Shown one piece after another: positions 28,526-37,964 of a stretch of DNA of 64,000 bases (its first letter is position 1; each line of letters begins with the position of its first letter). Source of the DNA: an uncultured Chiayiivirga sp. (GTDB taxonomy: Bacteria; Pseudomonadota; Gammaproteobacteria; Xanthomonadales; Xanthomonadaceae); the NCBI GenBank assembly GCA_965653565.1, contig CBFHAI010000019.1, positions 6,140-70,139 of the forward strand, read 5' to 3'. The translations under genes were made by a program, and so were the position numbers. Under the pieces are notes generated by a model, which had not been told where the DNA came from, made no database searches, and was given only the letters and a program-made list of their open reading frames with translations.

Positions 28526-29355
28526 GGTTTGAGCGGGCCGTGGCGTGGATCGGCGTGGAAGCAACTGGCGTACAGCGCCAGCAATTGGCTGCGTTGCAGC
28601 CGCGTATCGGCGAGTACTTCGTCGAGCACAGCGCTCTCGTCGTCGCCGCGTTCGGCCGCCACGCGCAGCCGCAGCAGCGCGAGGCGTTCGTCGCATTGCT
28701 CGGCGGTCATGCGGCGCAAGGGCCGGCCCCGTCGCAATGGACGCACGGCGCGCAGGCGCGTGGCCTCGCGCAGCAGGCGCACCGCGAACTGGCGGCGCTG
28801 CGCGACGGCCAGCGCAGTCTCGTCGGCGCGCAGCGCACCGCGCAGATAAAGCGCCAAGCGCACCAGCGGCAGGGTTTCACCGGCATTGGCGTGCATCCGG
28901 CGCAACCACGGTGCCTCGCTCGGTCCGGCGTCGCCGGTGGCGAAACGCAGCGCGATCCACTCGCCGCGGTTGCGTCCATGCAGCAGCGCCGCCATGCCCT
29001 CCGGCAGCACCAGCGTGTCGCCCGCCGACAGATGCCGGGTGCCGTCGACGGTTTCGATCACGCACGGCGGCCGCGTCGCGATCACCAGCCACCACGACTC
29101 GGCGGTGGCGATCTGCAGCGCCGCCTCGCGCTTGCCTTCGTGCAGTTCCAGCGACGCGCTGCGGGCGTCCAGGTCGGTGACCACATCGCAGCCGCTGCGC
29201 GTGAACAGGGCCGCGGCAGGCAGATGCGGATTGCGGACGCGATGGTCTTCGTGCCGCGGCCGCGCCTGCGTCGGCACCTCGGCGGCCGGCGCGAACTCCA
29301 GCGGCGGCAGCGCGGCGCGGGCGCGGCGCGAGCCGGACAGACTCAATGCGGACAT
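28522..29355 (-). CDS. AraC-like regulator (cupin N-domain with a partial or atypical HTH)
   Basis: Cupin-like region HLSAGDTLVLPEGMAALLHG. The C-terminal SQLLALYASCFHADPRHG resembles the second AraC HTH. Confidence 0.5.
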   Translation of the reverse strand: MSALSLSGSRRARAALPPLEFAPAAEVPTQARPRHEDHRVRNPHLPAAALFTRSGCDVVTDLDARSASLELHEGKREAALQIATAESWWLVIATRPPCVIETVDGTRHLSAGDTLVLPEGMAALLHGRNRGEWIALRFATGDAGPSEAPWLRRMHANAGETLPLVRLALYLRGALRADETALAVAQRRQFAVRLLREATRLRAVRPLRRGRPLRRMTAEQCDERLALLRLRVAAERGDDESAVLDEVLADTRLQRSQLLALYASCFHADPRHGPLKP

Positions 29356-29364
29356 GCCGGTCTC

Positions 29365-31548
29365 CTACGGAATCGCAGCGGCAGTGGCGGTGATCCGCGG
29401 CGTGCTGCGCGCGCCTTCGGCGTTCGACGCCAATATCGGCATCGCGATGACGCCGGCGTCGATCGGCGTCGCCTTGTTGGTCCATTTGCCGAGCAGGCGC
29501 GACAGCGTGCCGAGCTCGATCGGTTTGGCCAGGTGATCGTCCATGCCCGCTTCGAGGCAGCGCTCGCGATCGCCCGGCATCGCGTTCGCGGTGACCGCGA
29601 GCACCGGCATGCGCCGCAGACCGTTCTCACGCTCGTGCAGACGCTGCACGCGGGTTGCGGCGAAACCGTCGACGTCGGGCATCTGGCAATCCATCAGCAC
29701 GATGTCGAATTCGGTGCGACGCATCAGATCGATCGCTTCGCGTCCGCCGCTGGCCTGGGTGACCTTCGCGCCGAGTTTCTGCAGCGAAAGTTGGCCGGCG
29801 TAGCGATTGATCGCGATGTCGTCGACCAGCAGCACGCGCAGTCCGTCGAAACGCTGCGACGGTTCGCGCGACAGGCGGATCTCGGGGCCGTCGGCGAGCG
29901 CCGCGGCGTCCGGCGTGCGATTGGAAATCAGGTCGCGCACCAGACGGTTGGCGGCCGCGTCGCGCAAGTCGCGCGAAGCCAGCACTACGCGTCCGCCGTG
30001 ATCGCCGTCGATCAGGCCTTCGCTCGAATCGCCGAGCAGCAGCACGCGCATCTGCGAGAAGCATTCTTCGCTCAGCACCGGCCGCGTCAGCGATGCCGCG
30101 GTCTTGCTGGCCGACGCCAGGTCGATCACCAGCAGATTGGTCTGGCCGGAGGTACCTTGCGACGGTGACGCCGCCCGCAAGATCGACAGCGTCTCGTAGG
30201 CCGTGCCGACGCGCGTGGTGGTGAATTCGAGCGCGCTCAGGTTGCGCGTCCAGGTATCGGCCACGAACTCGTCGCGCGTCAACAGCAAGGCGTGCGCGGC
30301 AGCGGCGGACAGATTCACCGCCTCGCCGGCGGCACGCAGCAGCGGCACCGTGAACCAGAACGTCGAGCCACGGCCGAGCGCCGAGTCGACGCCGATGCGT
30401 CCGCCCATCGCATCGATGATGCGCCGGCAGATCGCCAGACCCAGACCGGTGCCACCATGCGCGCGCGCCGTCGATGCATCGGCCTGCGAGAACGGCTGGA
30501 ACAAGGTGGCGGCGGATTCCGGCGCAATGCCCGGCCCGGTGTCGCGCACCGCGACGCGCAGCGTGCGATAGGTGCGGTCTTCGGCCACCTGCGACACTTC
30601 GACGAACACTTCGCCGCGGGTGGTGAACTTGATCGCGTTGCCGATCAGATTGGTCATCACTTGGCGCAGGCGCAGCGAATCGCCGCGCACCACCGGCGGC
30701 ACCGAGCTGTCGACTTCCAGATGCAGGCGCAGCTGCTTGGCTTCCGCCGTGCGCTTCATCAGCGTGCAGACCGAACCGACCAGTTCGATCGGCCGCAGCG
30801 AGGCGGTTTCCAGCTGCAGCGCGCCGGCTTCGAGCTTGGAATAATCGAGCACGTCGTTGACGATGCGGCGCATTTCGCGCGCCGACTCGAAGGCCGCGGC
30901 GACCTGGTGGCGGATCTCCTCGTCGAGCGGCGCGGCCAGCACCAGTTCCAGGATCGGCAGGATGCCGTTGAGCGGGGTGCGGATTTCGTGGCTCATCGTG
31001 GCGAGGAACTCGCCCTTCGACAGCGCCGCCGCTTCCGCATCGCGCTTGGCCGACAGCAATTCGGATTCGCCAGCGCGCAGGCGTTCGACTTCGGCGGTGA
31101 GTTCCTTGATCTGCGTGCGCGCCAGGGTCGCCGCCAGTTCCGCGGCTTCGCGTTCGGCTGCGGGAATTTTCGCCTGCTCGTGCAGCACGACGAACTGCGC
31201 CGCGACACGGCGTTGCTGCACGAACGCCGCCGCGACCGCGCACGCAGCGCCGGCCAGCGCGCCGGCCGCGAGAAGATTGCCGCCCGAGACGAACAGCGAC
31301 ACCGCGGCGACGACCGCCATCAGCACCGCAGCGCCGGTGATGCAACCGTGATACAGCGTCGCGCGTTCGATCGCCGCGTGCGACGCCGCCGGCTTCGCAG
31401 GGCGGTTGTCGCCCGCCATTTGCGGGCGCGCGCCATCGCGAGCGCGGCGCGGCGGCATAGCCTGCGATCTGTCGGCACGCAACGGATGCGTCGAACCGAT
31501 CGCGGGGTCGGGAAGAACCGAAGAAGGTAAATGTACCGGGGTATTCAT
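29365..31548 (-). CDS. hybrid sensor histidine kinase/response regulator (paralog of 12998-15562)
   Basis: Two N-terminal TM segments. HisKA FLATMSHEIRTPLNGILP, HATPase GGTGLGLAICRRII, C-terminal REC VLLVDDIAINR...VLMDCQMPDVDGF. The ATG lies 11 nt after the stop of the pilus gene upstream. Confidence 0.8.
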   Translation of the reverse strand: MNTPVHLPSSVLPDPAIGSTHPLRADRSQAMPPRRARDGARPQMAGDNRPAKPAASHAAIERATLYHGCITGAAVLMAVVAAVSLFVSGGNLLAAGALAGAACAVAAAFVQQRRVAAQFVVLHEQAKIPAAEREAAELAATLARTQIKELTAEVERLRAGESELLSAKRDAEAAALSKGEFLATMSHEIRTPLNGILPILELVLAAPLDEEIRHQVAAAFESAREMRRIVNDVLDYSKLEAGALQLETASLRPIELVGSVCTLMKRTAEAKQLRLHLEVDSSVPPVVRGDSLRLRQVMTNLIGNAIKFTTRGEVFVEVSQVAEDRTYRTLRVAVRDTGPGIAPESAATLFQPFSQADASTARAHGGTGLGLAICRRIIDAMGGRIGVDSALGRGSTFWFTVPLLRAAGEAVNLSAAAAHALLLTRDEFVADTWTRNLSALEFTTTRVGTAYETLSILRAASPSQGTSGQTNLLVIDLASASKTAASLTRPVLSEECFSQMRVLLLGDSSEGLIDGDHGGRVVLASRDLRDAAANRLVRDLISNRTPDAAALADGPEIRLSREPSQRFDGLRVLLVDDIAINRYAGQLSLQKLGAKVTQASGGREAIDLMRRTEFDIVLMDCQMPDVDGFAATRVQRLHERENGLRRMPVLAVTANAMPGDRERCLEAGMDDHLAKPIELGTLSRLLGKWTNKATPIDAGVIAMPILASNAEGARSTPRITATAAAIP

Positions 31549-31559
31549 GCGGGCAGGAC

Positions 31560-33947
31560 TCAGCGATACCGCGCCCAGAGCAGCTGCGCCTGGTTGGTCG
31601 GATCCATCGACGGCGTTTCGTCGGGCTTGAACTCGCCGACCGGGTCGAAATGCAGGTTCAGCGTGTTGCCCAGGCGGCCCGAGGCTCCGGTATCCACACC
31701 TTGGGCGGCTCCGGTGACGTAGCCGCTGATGGTCGTAGCACCGCTTGTGGCGACTTCATTGCCCGCCATGACACTGCCATCGACTCGCGCAGCGCCCGAG
31801 AACGCGATGTTACCGCCGCTGAACGTGTTGTCGGGCGCGAAACTGCCCGCAACCAGCGAAACGTTGCCGATCTTGTTGTAGACCAGTCCTTCCTGACCTG
31901 CGGTCTTGTTGCACAGATTGGTCGGATACAGGTCCTCCAGCGCGGGCGATTCGATGGCGTCGCTGCCGGTGGCGGGCGGAATGTCGGCGTTGTCGCAAAG
32001 CAGGTCATACCCCGCATAATTCGGCGCCATGATGTGATTGTCTGCCGTTACCGAGATATTGCCCGTGGCGATGAACGCGTTGACGTACCCGCGCTTTGTC
32101 ACATTCAAGCTGCCGCTGAACCACACGACACCACGCGCCATGGTCTGCGCGTTGTCGGCGCCGAGGGTCCAGAGCGGCAAGGTGGGCGGCGTGGTATTGG
32201 GATCGCCGGGGGTGTAGTCGAAGCAACTCTCGTTGACATCATCGATGTTCTGGCAGATGCGCGCGACCGGGTCGCTGCATTTGTTCTGGCCGCCATCACC
32301 GCCCGTGTCGGATGTCATGTCCTGCGGCTTGCACAAATGATCCGGAATCTTTGCGTTGGCATCGTTCGGGTGAACGACGAAACCGAGCGTGTAAACGCCG
32401 TCCTGCACCCCGTTCATGCTCCTGACGGTGATCTTCGGCGTGCCGTCGGCATTGCGTTCGAACACCAGGTTGGCGACACCTTTCAGTGCATTGGCATCCA
32501 CCCGCGGCGGATCGAGGGCGTAGTCCGTCACGTTCTCGATGTCGACCAACGGCATGGCGGCGTCGCTGTAGTCGCAGGGGGCCGTGCCTTGCGTTACATC
32601 GGTGAGCACCGCATCCCAGCTTCGATCTGTGGGCGTCACGGCGGTGTACCTGAGCGTTCTTCCATACCGGCCCACGACTACGTCGTCGCGAGCAAAGGAC
32701 GGGCTCTGGTTTTTGTCCGCCCAGTTCTTGTGCGGGATGATCAGATCCCTTTGTGCGCAGTACCTCCTGATCTGAAGGTTCGAGGCCGCGCCGAAATCGT
32801 GCGTGATATCGATGCGCGAAACGAACTCGCCGATGTTCTCTCGCGACCTCAGGTCGATGCTTTCCCGGACGCGCAGACTTTGTTCGCCTCGGTAGTCGCC
32901 GGGACGATCGGCACCGTGATAGCGCAGTGTCTTGTTGCCATAAAGCTCTCTGACACCGCCGCCACAGGAGTACCACAACACCTCCTTTTCGACCTTCGCG
33001 AGCCGGATGTAGGTATTGTCCTTGCCGCTGCACGGATAGCCCGGCGGCACCCCTGCGATCAACTGGCCTCCGGCTTCGACGTGATCGGCAGACGAGGTTT
33101 CGAAGATGATGTCTTTGTTCGAGCGCAACAGACCGTGCTGGGTGCCGTTGACGCCATTGGTCTGGTTGCCGTTGCCCTTCACCGTGATGTTCTCTTTGGA
33201 CAGCACGGATTCGGTGGTCGTGTTCTGGGTGAGGGTTACCTTGCCGTTGGCATGGATGTTCTTCACGCCGACCGCGCTGTTGATCGTCACCTCGCCGGTG
33301 GTATTGATGTTCTCCACGCCGCTGAGGCTGACGTTGGTGATGGTCACGTCGCCCACCACGTTGATGTTCGCGTGTTCGCTGCCGTGGAAATTGATGTCCC
33401 CGGTGATGTTCACGTCGCGGAAGAAGTTCAGCGGCCCGGGTTCGCCAGCCGGCGTGCCGACCGGCTCGGGCAGGATCATGTTGTAGACGACTTCGACCGG
33501 CGAGTTGGCCGTCACCGCGCCGGTGCCGGCGCTGCCGTTGATCCGCGCGGTGATGCGATAGTTCTTGTCCGTCGCATCGGAGGGCACCAGTTTTGCGACG
33601 CCCGTGATCTCCACTTCTACGTTGCTCACCACCTCGCCCGTCGCATCGTCGGTCAGCGTGAGCGCCATGGGCGAGCCGGCGGTCGGCGGGGTGGCGAGCC
33701 ACGCCAGGACCGTCTCGCGATGGACCACGTCCAGATAGCGGCGTACCGTTTCTGCCGCATTGAAAGCGGTGGCTTGCGCGGGCGTCTGCGCATGCACGGC
33801 CAGCGTGCGCTCCTGCGCGCTGCTGGCTGCGCGGAATACGCCGACCACAGTCACGACCAGCGCCAGTCCCACCAGCACGATGAGCAGGATGGTAGCGATG
33901 CCGCGCTGCCGCTTCGGCGAGACGCGACGCGTATGTTGGCGAGTCAT
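31560..33947 (-). CDS. large PilX_N-anchored pilus-associated protein (795 aa; beta-helix-like and Cys-rich regions)
   Basis: The N-terminus KRQRGIATILLIVLVGLALVVTVV is a PilX/MshP-type anchor. A periodic segment follows (DVNITGDINFHGSEHANINVVGDVTITNVSLSGVENINTTGEVTINSAVGVKNIHANGKVTL), then a C-terminal half with several Cys pairs. It is the last gene of the pilin set. Confidence 0.6.
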   Translation of the reverse strand: MTRQHTRRVSPKRQRGIATILLIVLVGLALVVTVVGVFRAASSAQERTLAVHAQTPAQATAFNAAETVRRYLDVVHRETVLAWLATPPTAGSPMALTLTDDATGEVVSNVEVEITGVAKLVPSDATDKNYRITARINGSAGTGAVTANSPVEVVYNMILPEPVGTPAGEPGPLNFFRDVNITGDINFHGSEHANINVVGDVTITNVSLSGVENINTTGEVTINSAVGVKNIHANGKVTLTQNTTTESVLSKENITVKGNGNQTNGVNGTQHGLLRSNKDIIFETSSADHVEAGGQLIAGVPPGYPCSGKDNTYIRLAKVEKEVLWYSCGGGVRELYGNKTLRYHGADRPGDYRGEQSLRVRESIDLRSRENIGEFVSRIDITHDFGAASNLQIRRYCAQRDLIIPHKNWADKNQSPSFARDDVVVGRYGRTLRYTAVTPTDRSWDAVLTDVTQGTAPCDYSDAAMPLVDIENVTDYALDPPRVDANALKGVANLVFERNADGTPKITVRSMNGVQDGVYTLGFVVHPNDANAKIPDHLCKPQDMTSDTGGDGGQNKCSDPVARICQNIDDVNESCFDYTPGDPNTTPPTLPLWTLGADNAQTMARGVVWFSGSLNVTKRGYVNAFIATGNISVTADNHIMAPNYAGYDLLCDNADIPPATGSDAIESPALEDLYPTNLCNKTAGQEGLVYNKIGNVSLVAGSFAPDNTFSGGNIAFSGAARVDGSVMAGNEVATSGATTISGYVTGAAQGVDTGASGRLGNTLNLHFDPVGEFKPDETPSMDPTNQAQLLWARYR

Positions 33948-33975
33948 TGGAACGTCTCCTGCAGGATGGGATGGA

Positions 33976-34608
33976 TCAGGGATTGGTGAGGCAATACGAG
34001 AAAATCGTGACGTCGGGATCGGGCGCGGTGTCTTCCATCACCACCAGGGTGCGCAAGACAGCGGTACTGGCGATTCCGAAAGGACCGCAGCTCTGATTGG
34101 TGGCCAGGCGGAAACGCGCGGTCGACAGGTTGTAGTTGCGTTTCTCATCGGCATCGGGCGGCTCGAACAGCACCGCATCCGAGGCGAGCAGTTGTCGTTC
34201 GTCGACGTCCCAGTCCGGATGGTTCTGCGCCGTGGTGCAAGCGACGGGCGTGAGTCGATAGATGCCGTCAGCCGCCGTGCCGATCACCAGCTGCAAGCCG
34301 GAACACAGGAACGTCGCGTCGCCGACGGCATCGCGATAGCGCCACACGATGCGGCGATCGCTCGTGTCGACGAAAACATTGGTGCCTTCGGCGGGATTCA
34401 TGCCGAAGCCGGCTTGCTGCAATTCGATCTGCGCGGCCAGCAAGGCCGACGCGGCCTGCCCGTCGCGCACCGCCGAGCGCTGCGCCCCCATCGAAACCGA
34501 CACCGTGGCGCGGTAGGCGACCAACATCGCGCCGGCCGTCAGCACCGCAAGCAGCAAGCCCACCAGCGTACTGACCAGACTGCTGCCGGACTGGCGCGAG
34601 GGATTCAT
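33976..34608 (-). CDS. PilW-like minor pilin (atypical prepilin leader)
   Basis: The ATG at 34608 overlaps the upstream stop (ATGA). The N-terminus is MNPSRQSGSSLVSTLVGLLLAVL. Position and size fit PilW or MshO. The track ORF start at 34839 is too far upstream. Confidence 0.5.
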   Translation of the reverse strand: MNPSRQSGSSLVSTLVGLLLAVLTAGAMLVAYRATVSVSMGAQRSAVRDGQAASALLAAQIELQQAGFGMNPAEGTNVFVDTSDRRIVWRYRDAVGDATFLCSGLQLVIGTAADGIYRLTPVACTTAQNHPDWDVDERQLLASDAVLFEPPDADEKRNYNLSTARFRLATNQSCGPFGIASTAVLRTLVVMEDTAPDPDVTIFSYCLTNP

Positions 34609-35048
34609 TGCCTGGTGCCCACGACGACGTCCACCGCGGCCGCCGCCACGCCCAGATTGCTCACCGGCATGCGAACCGCCACCGACCGCACACCGTCGAC
34701 GGTGACGGTGTTGGGTGTCGTGCCGCCGGCCTTGACTCCCGGTTCCACGGTGATCGATGGGATGGCGTCGCAGGCATCGACGGTCAGATTCGCCGAAAGA
34801 TCCTGGTGCAACATGACCACGTTGTTGGTCGAGCCGCACAGGCCTTCGCCGCGATCGTTCAAAAGTTGACGCATCTGCGCAACCGACACGCTCTGCGCCC
34901 GCAACTCGTGCTGACCCACCGAGATTCGCGCCGCGATCTGCATCGTCCCGGCGCCGACCACGGTCATGATCGCGGCCCCGATCAGCGATTCGAGCAGCAT
35001 GTCGCCACGCTGTCGGCGCGGCGGCCGTTTCTCAGAGAATTTCGACAT
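34605..35048 (-). CDS. PilV-like minor pilin
   Basis: RRQRGDMLLESLIGAAIMTVVGAG is a prepilin-type leader with Glu at position +5. It overlaps the neighbouring genes at both ends. Confidence 0.55.
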   Translation of the reverse strand: MSKFSEKRPPRRQRGDMLLESLIGAAIMTVVGAGTMQIAARISVGQHELRAQSVSVAQMRQLLNDRGEGLCGSTNNVVMLHQDLSANLTVDACDAIPSITVEPGVKAGGTTPNTVTVDGVRSVAVRMPVSNLGVAAAAVDVVVGTRQ

Positions 35049-35514
35049 TGAGGTCCTCCCGGTTGGCGATCGTCACGGCAAGCCGGCTGGCGGCCTGATC
35101 GCAACCCGCCTCTGCTATCGCGACGCCACGGCTGTCGTAGGCATTGCAAGTGAAAGCGTTCGACGTACCCTGCAGTCGCAGGCTCACGGAAGCGGGCAAT
35201 TGCGCGCTCCAGATCACGGCGTCGTCCGCCGCGTTTTCGACCGTCAGCAGACCGGCGCTGAATCTCAGCCGCGCCACCGACTCGCCCCACGTGCGCGGCT
35301 CGGTGCCGCCATTGCGCAAGGCCCAGCCTTTGGCGCGTCCAACGGCGTCCACCAGATCGCCGCGTGCCTGCAGTTGGCGGGCACTGTCCATCCACGCCAT
35401 CGAGAACGGCACGGCGAGCAGCATCAGCATCATCGAGATCGCAAGCGACACCATCAGCTCGATGAGGGTGAAGCCGCGCCCCTGCTCGGCACGGAACAAT
35501 GGCTTGTTCACCAT
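35032..35514 (-). CDS. GspH/FimT-family minor pilin
   Basis: [29 protein letters not shown] is a canonical prepilin N-terminal methylation motif. The size and the [17 protein letters not shown] segment fit FimT/FimU. Confidence 0.7.
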   Translation of the reverse strand: MVNKPLFRAEQGRGFTLIELMVSLAISMMLMLLAVPFSMAWMDSARQLQARGDLVDAVGRAKGWALRNGGTEPRTWGESVARLRFSAGLLTVENAADDAVIWSAQLPASVSLRLQGTSNAFTCNAYDSRGVAIAEAGCDQAASRLAVTIANREDLNVEIL

Positions 35515-35960
35515 GTCGTGGCCCCTCCCATCACGGGGTTGCAGCCGTCCGTCATTTCTTTCACGTTCGCGCTACTGAGCGAGAGCTCGCAGCCCGACAG
35601 CCGCGCGTCGCCGAGCCACACCGCCTCGACGATGTAGCTGTTCGGGATGCCCGGGGCGACCGGATCGGGCGTGTACTTGTAGTTGAAGTCCGCCCCCTGC
35701 GCAGGGCTCCACCCCGGAAATTCGGCGATCACTTCCGCCGTTAGATCCGCCGCCGTGCCGTTGTAGGCGAGCTGGCGTTGCAAGAAGTTTTCCGCGTTCA
35801 TCGACAGCGCCGCGAGATCGGCCTGCGCGGCGCGCACCTTGCTGCGCAGTACGTAATCGCGATAGGCGGGAATCGCCATCGCCAGCAGGATGCCGAGGAT
35901 GGCGATCACCACCATCAACTCGATCAGCGTGAATCCGCCATAGCGTCTTCGACTTTTCAT
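35508..35960 (-). CDS. type IVa pilin (PilE/PilA-like)
   Basis: [36 protein letters not shown], plus a C-terminal disulfide pair ([18 protein letters not shown]). Confidence 0.85.
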   Translation of the reverse strand: MKSRRRYGGFTLIELMVVIAILGILLAMAIPAYRDYVLRSKVRAAQADLAALSMNAENFLQRQLAYNGTAADLTAEVIAEFPGWSPAQGADFNYKYTPDPVAPGIPNSYIVEAVWLGDARLSGCELSLSSANVKEMTDGCNPVMGGATTW

Positions 35961-36306
35961 GTGTTGCCCCCGGTTGAATCGTTCCTGACTGAGCAGGTGA
36001 AACGAGTGTCCTGCGCCGACCTGCTTCCCCGTGTGACGCTCCTCTCAGAGCACCGGCCGGTCGTGTCGTTCGCGCAATAAATGCAAACTTGCCGCGAGCG
36101 TATTTTTTATTCGCCACATTCGCTCAGCGCGGGAGCAACGTTCCCACGAGCGAGCAAATTTTGTGTCCCGCAAACTTCCTATCAGTTCGTGGGCGCGCTA
36201 CTAACGCAGTGGCGCGCTGTGACGTATCACGAGGTCGCGCGGTTTCGTGGAGCAGGAGCGGGACACAGAGTTCGCCAAAAGAGAGCGGAGGGGCGTCGAG
36301 GACGAC

Positions 36307-36400
36307 GCGGGAATCGGGAGTCGGGAATCGGGAGAAGAGCAATGCCCGCAGATTGCCGGCCTTTCTCCCGATTCCCGATTCCCGATTCCCGACTCCCGAC
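36307..36400. repeat. inverted array of tandem heptanucleotide repeats (GGGARTC)n forming a long hairpin
   Basis: The left arm gcgggaatcgggagtcgggaatcgggagaag and right arm cttctcccgattcccgattcccgattcccgactcccg are complementary around a roughly 27-nt loop. The loop contains its own gcaat/attgc mini-stem. The element lies just 3' of the 36404-36709 gene. Confidence 0.8.
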
Positions 36401-36403
36401 GAC

Positions 36404-36709
36404 CTACATCGATGCCGCAGCCGGATGCAGCGCAACCGTTTCGCGCCCGGCAGGAGCCACAGCAGCGGCGGGCTGCGCGGCTTCGCGGTTGGCCTGCGAG
36501 AGTTGCGCCGAACGCACCACCACGCGGGCGGCTTCGATCGGCGAGAGCGACCCTTTCTGCACCAGGATCGCGAGCAGCGTGGCGATGATGTCGGCGTCGT
36601 CCGCGGGACTGGCGCGCAGACGTTCGGACAGACCTTGCGCCAGCCGGCCGCGCTGGGCGTCGAGCAGCAGGGCGCGCGCGAGTTCCTGTTCGTTCTGATC
36701 GTGACTCAT
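36404..36709 (-). CDS. hypothetical small protein (101 aa)
   Basis: The ORF overlaps the stop of the upstream AraC gene (ATGA coupling). No family recognised. Confidence 0.45.
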   Translation of the reverse strand: MSHDQNEQELARALLLDAQRGRLAQGLSERLRASPADDADIIATLLAILVQKGSLSPIEAARVVVRSAQLSQANREAAQPAAAVAPAGRETVALHPAAASM

Positions 36710-37638
36710 GCGACGGCTCCTTCGGATGGTTCGCTGTAGACGGATGCAGCTTCATCGCGCATCGCGACTGCTGCCTGCTGATTGCGCAATGCGGTGGCGC
36801 TCACGCCGAAATGCTGGCGGAAGGCGCGCGCGAAAATCGCGAGACTCGTATAGCCGACCTGCGCCATGACCTCGGTCACCGGCAGGCGGGTTCCGACGAT
36901 CAGCTGGTGCGCGCGCCGCATGCGTTGCCGGGCGCGGAACTGATGCGGCGATTCGCCAAATACATGATGGAACAGCCGCACGAAATGCGAGTTCGACAAG
37001 CGCGCCACCTGCGCGCAGCGCGTCACTTCGGCTTCCGAATCGCGTGCCGCCAGCATGGCGCGGGCGCGCGACAGACGCACGAAGACATCGCGGCGCCGCT
37101 CGGCGCTGCGGCCCGGACAACGTTCGATCGCGGCGTCGTAAACCTGCTGCGCGCGCAGCACCGCGCTGATCCAGAACTGTGCCGGATGGGCGCCATCGAG
37201 TCGCCGTGTGCCGGCGTGTCGAAGCGACTGCGCGAGCCGTTGCAACAGCAGCGCGATTTCGCTGCCCGGCTCGTGCACGATCGGCAACAGACGGGCACCG
37301 TCGTCACTGCCGGGCAACGAGCGCGGCGCCGCGTCGGGCCACAGGCACAGCAGATCCGCCTGCCCCACCAGTTCGCAGCGCAGCGTCGCCGGTGTGCGGC
37401 CGTCGCTGGCGTAGACGCAACCCGGCTCGAGCGTCACCGCGTGATCGGGCGCCTGCAGCACGACATCGCCGGCGATCACCAGCGCCAGCAGCGGGCGTCC
37501 GTGGATGTCCGGCAAGGTGCCGTTGAGCGACACCCAGCGGATGCGATGCTCGGGCTCGCCGAAGCCGCGCACCAACCGCGACAACGACGGACGCAGCGAC
37601 GGCGCACCGTTCGACTTGGCTTTCAGCTGGGCATTCAA
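36706..37638 (-). CDS. AraC-family transcriptional regulator
   Basis: C-terminal double HTH: SNSHFVRLFHHVFGESPHQFRARQRMRRAHQLIVGTRLPVTEVMAQVGYTSLAIFARAFRQHFGVSATALR. Confidence 0.85.
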   Translation of the reverse strand: MNAQLKAKSNGAPSLRPSLSRLVRGFGEPEHRIRWVSLNGTLPDIHGRPLLALVIAGDVVLQAPDHAVTLEPGCVYASDGRTPATLRCELVGQADLLCLWPDAAPRSLPGSDDGARLLPIVHEPGSEIALLLQRLAQSLRHAGTRRLDGAHPAQFWISAVLRAQQVYDAAIERCPGRSAERRRDVFVRLSRARAMLAARDSEAEVTRCAQVARLSNSHFVRLFHHVFGESPHQFRARQRMRRAHQLIVGTRLPVTEVMAQVGYTSLAIFARAFRQHFGVSATALRNQQAAVAMRDEAASVYSEPSEGAVA

Positions 37639-37964
37639 CGGCAGAACTCCGGCACGCTATCTCTATCCGGCGCGCAGGATTGTCCGTTCGGGGACATTTC
37701 GTCCCGACGAAGTTCCAACGAAACCTCGACGAACGCACATTTGTCGCACTTTCCGGCCGTCCGGCATCAAACTTCGACAAGGCGGTGCGGCCGAACAATC
37801 CAAATATCCGTCGGCGATAAACCGACGCTTGCGAAAACCGAAAATCTTGATGAATCCGGGATTCTTTGAATATTTTAGACCGCTGTCACGCTGTGACGCG
37901 CATGGTCGCAATGAGACGCGACTGACGCGATGAAGGCCGACATGCCGCAGCACGTCACTTTCAG

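Noticed and set aside
26036-30168. Plus-strand ORFs at 26036-27463 (475 aa) and 28468-30168 (566 aa), antisense to DUF1631, the AraC-like gene and the kinase
   Set aside because: Low-complexity, no motifs, and they overlap well-supported minus-strand genes.
31650-33989. 779-aa plus-strand ORF antisense to the PilX-anchored gene
   Set aside because: R/G/V/D-rich with no signal or domains. The minus-strand frame has the pilin-type N-terminus and fits the operon.
35961-36120. Search for a sigma54 (TGGCAC-N5-TTGCW) promoter upstream of the pilin gene
   Set aside because: Only loose GG/GC pairs with the wrong spacing were found (for example GGCAAGTTTGCA). No convincing -24/-12 element, so no promoter is annotated.
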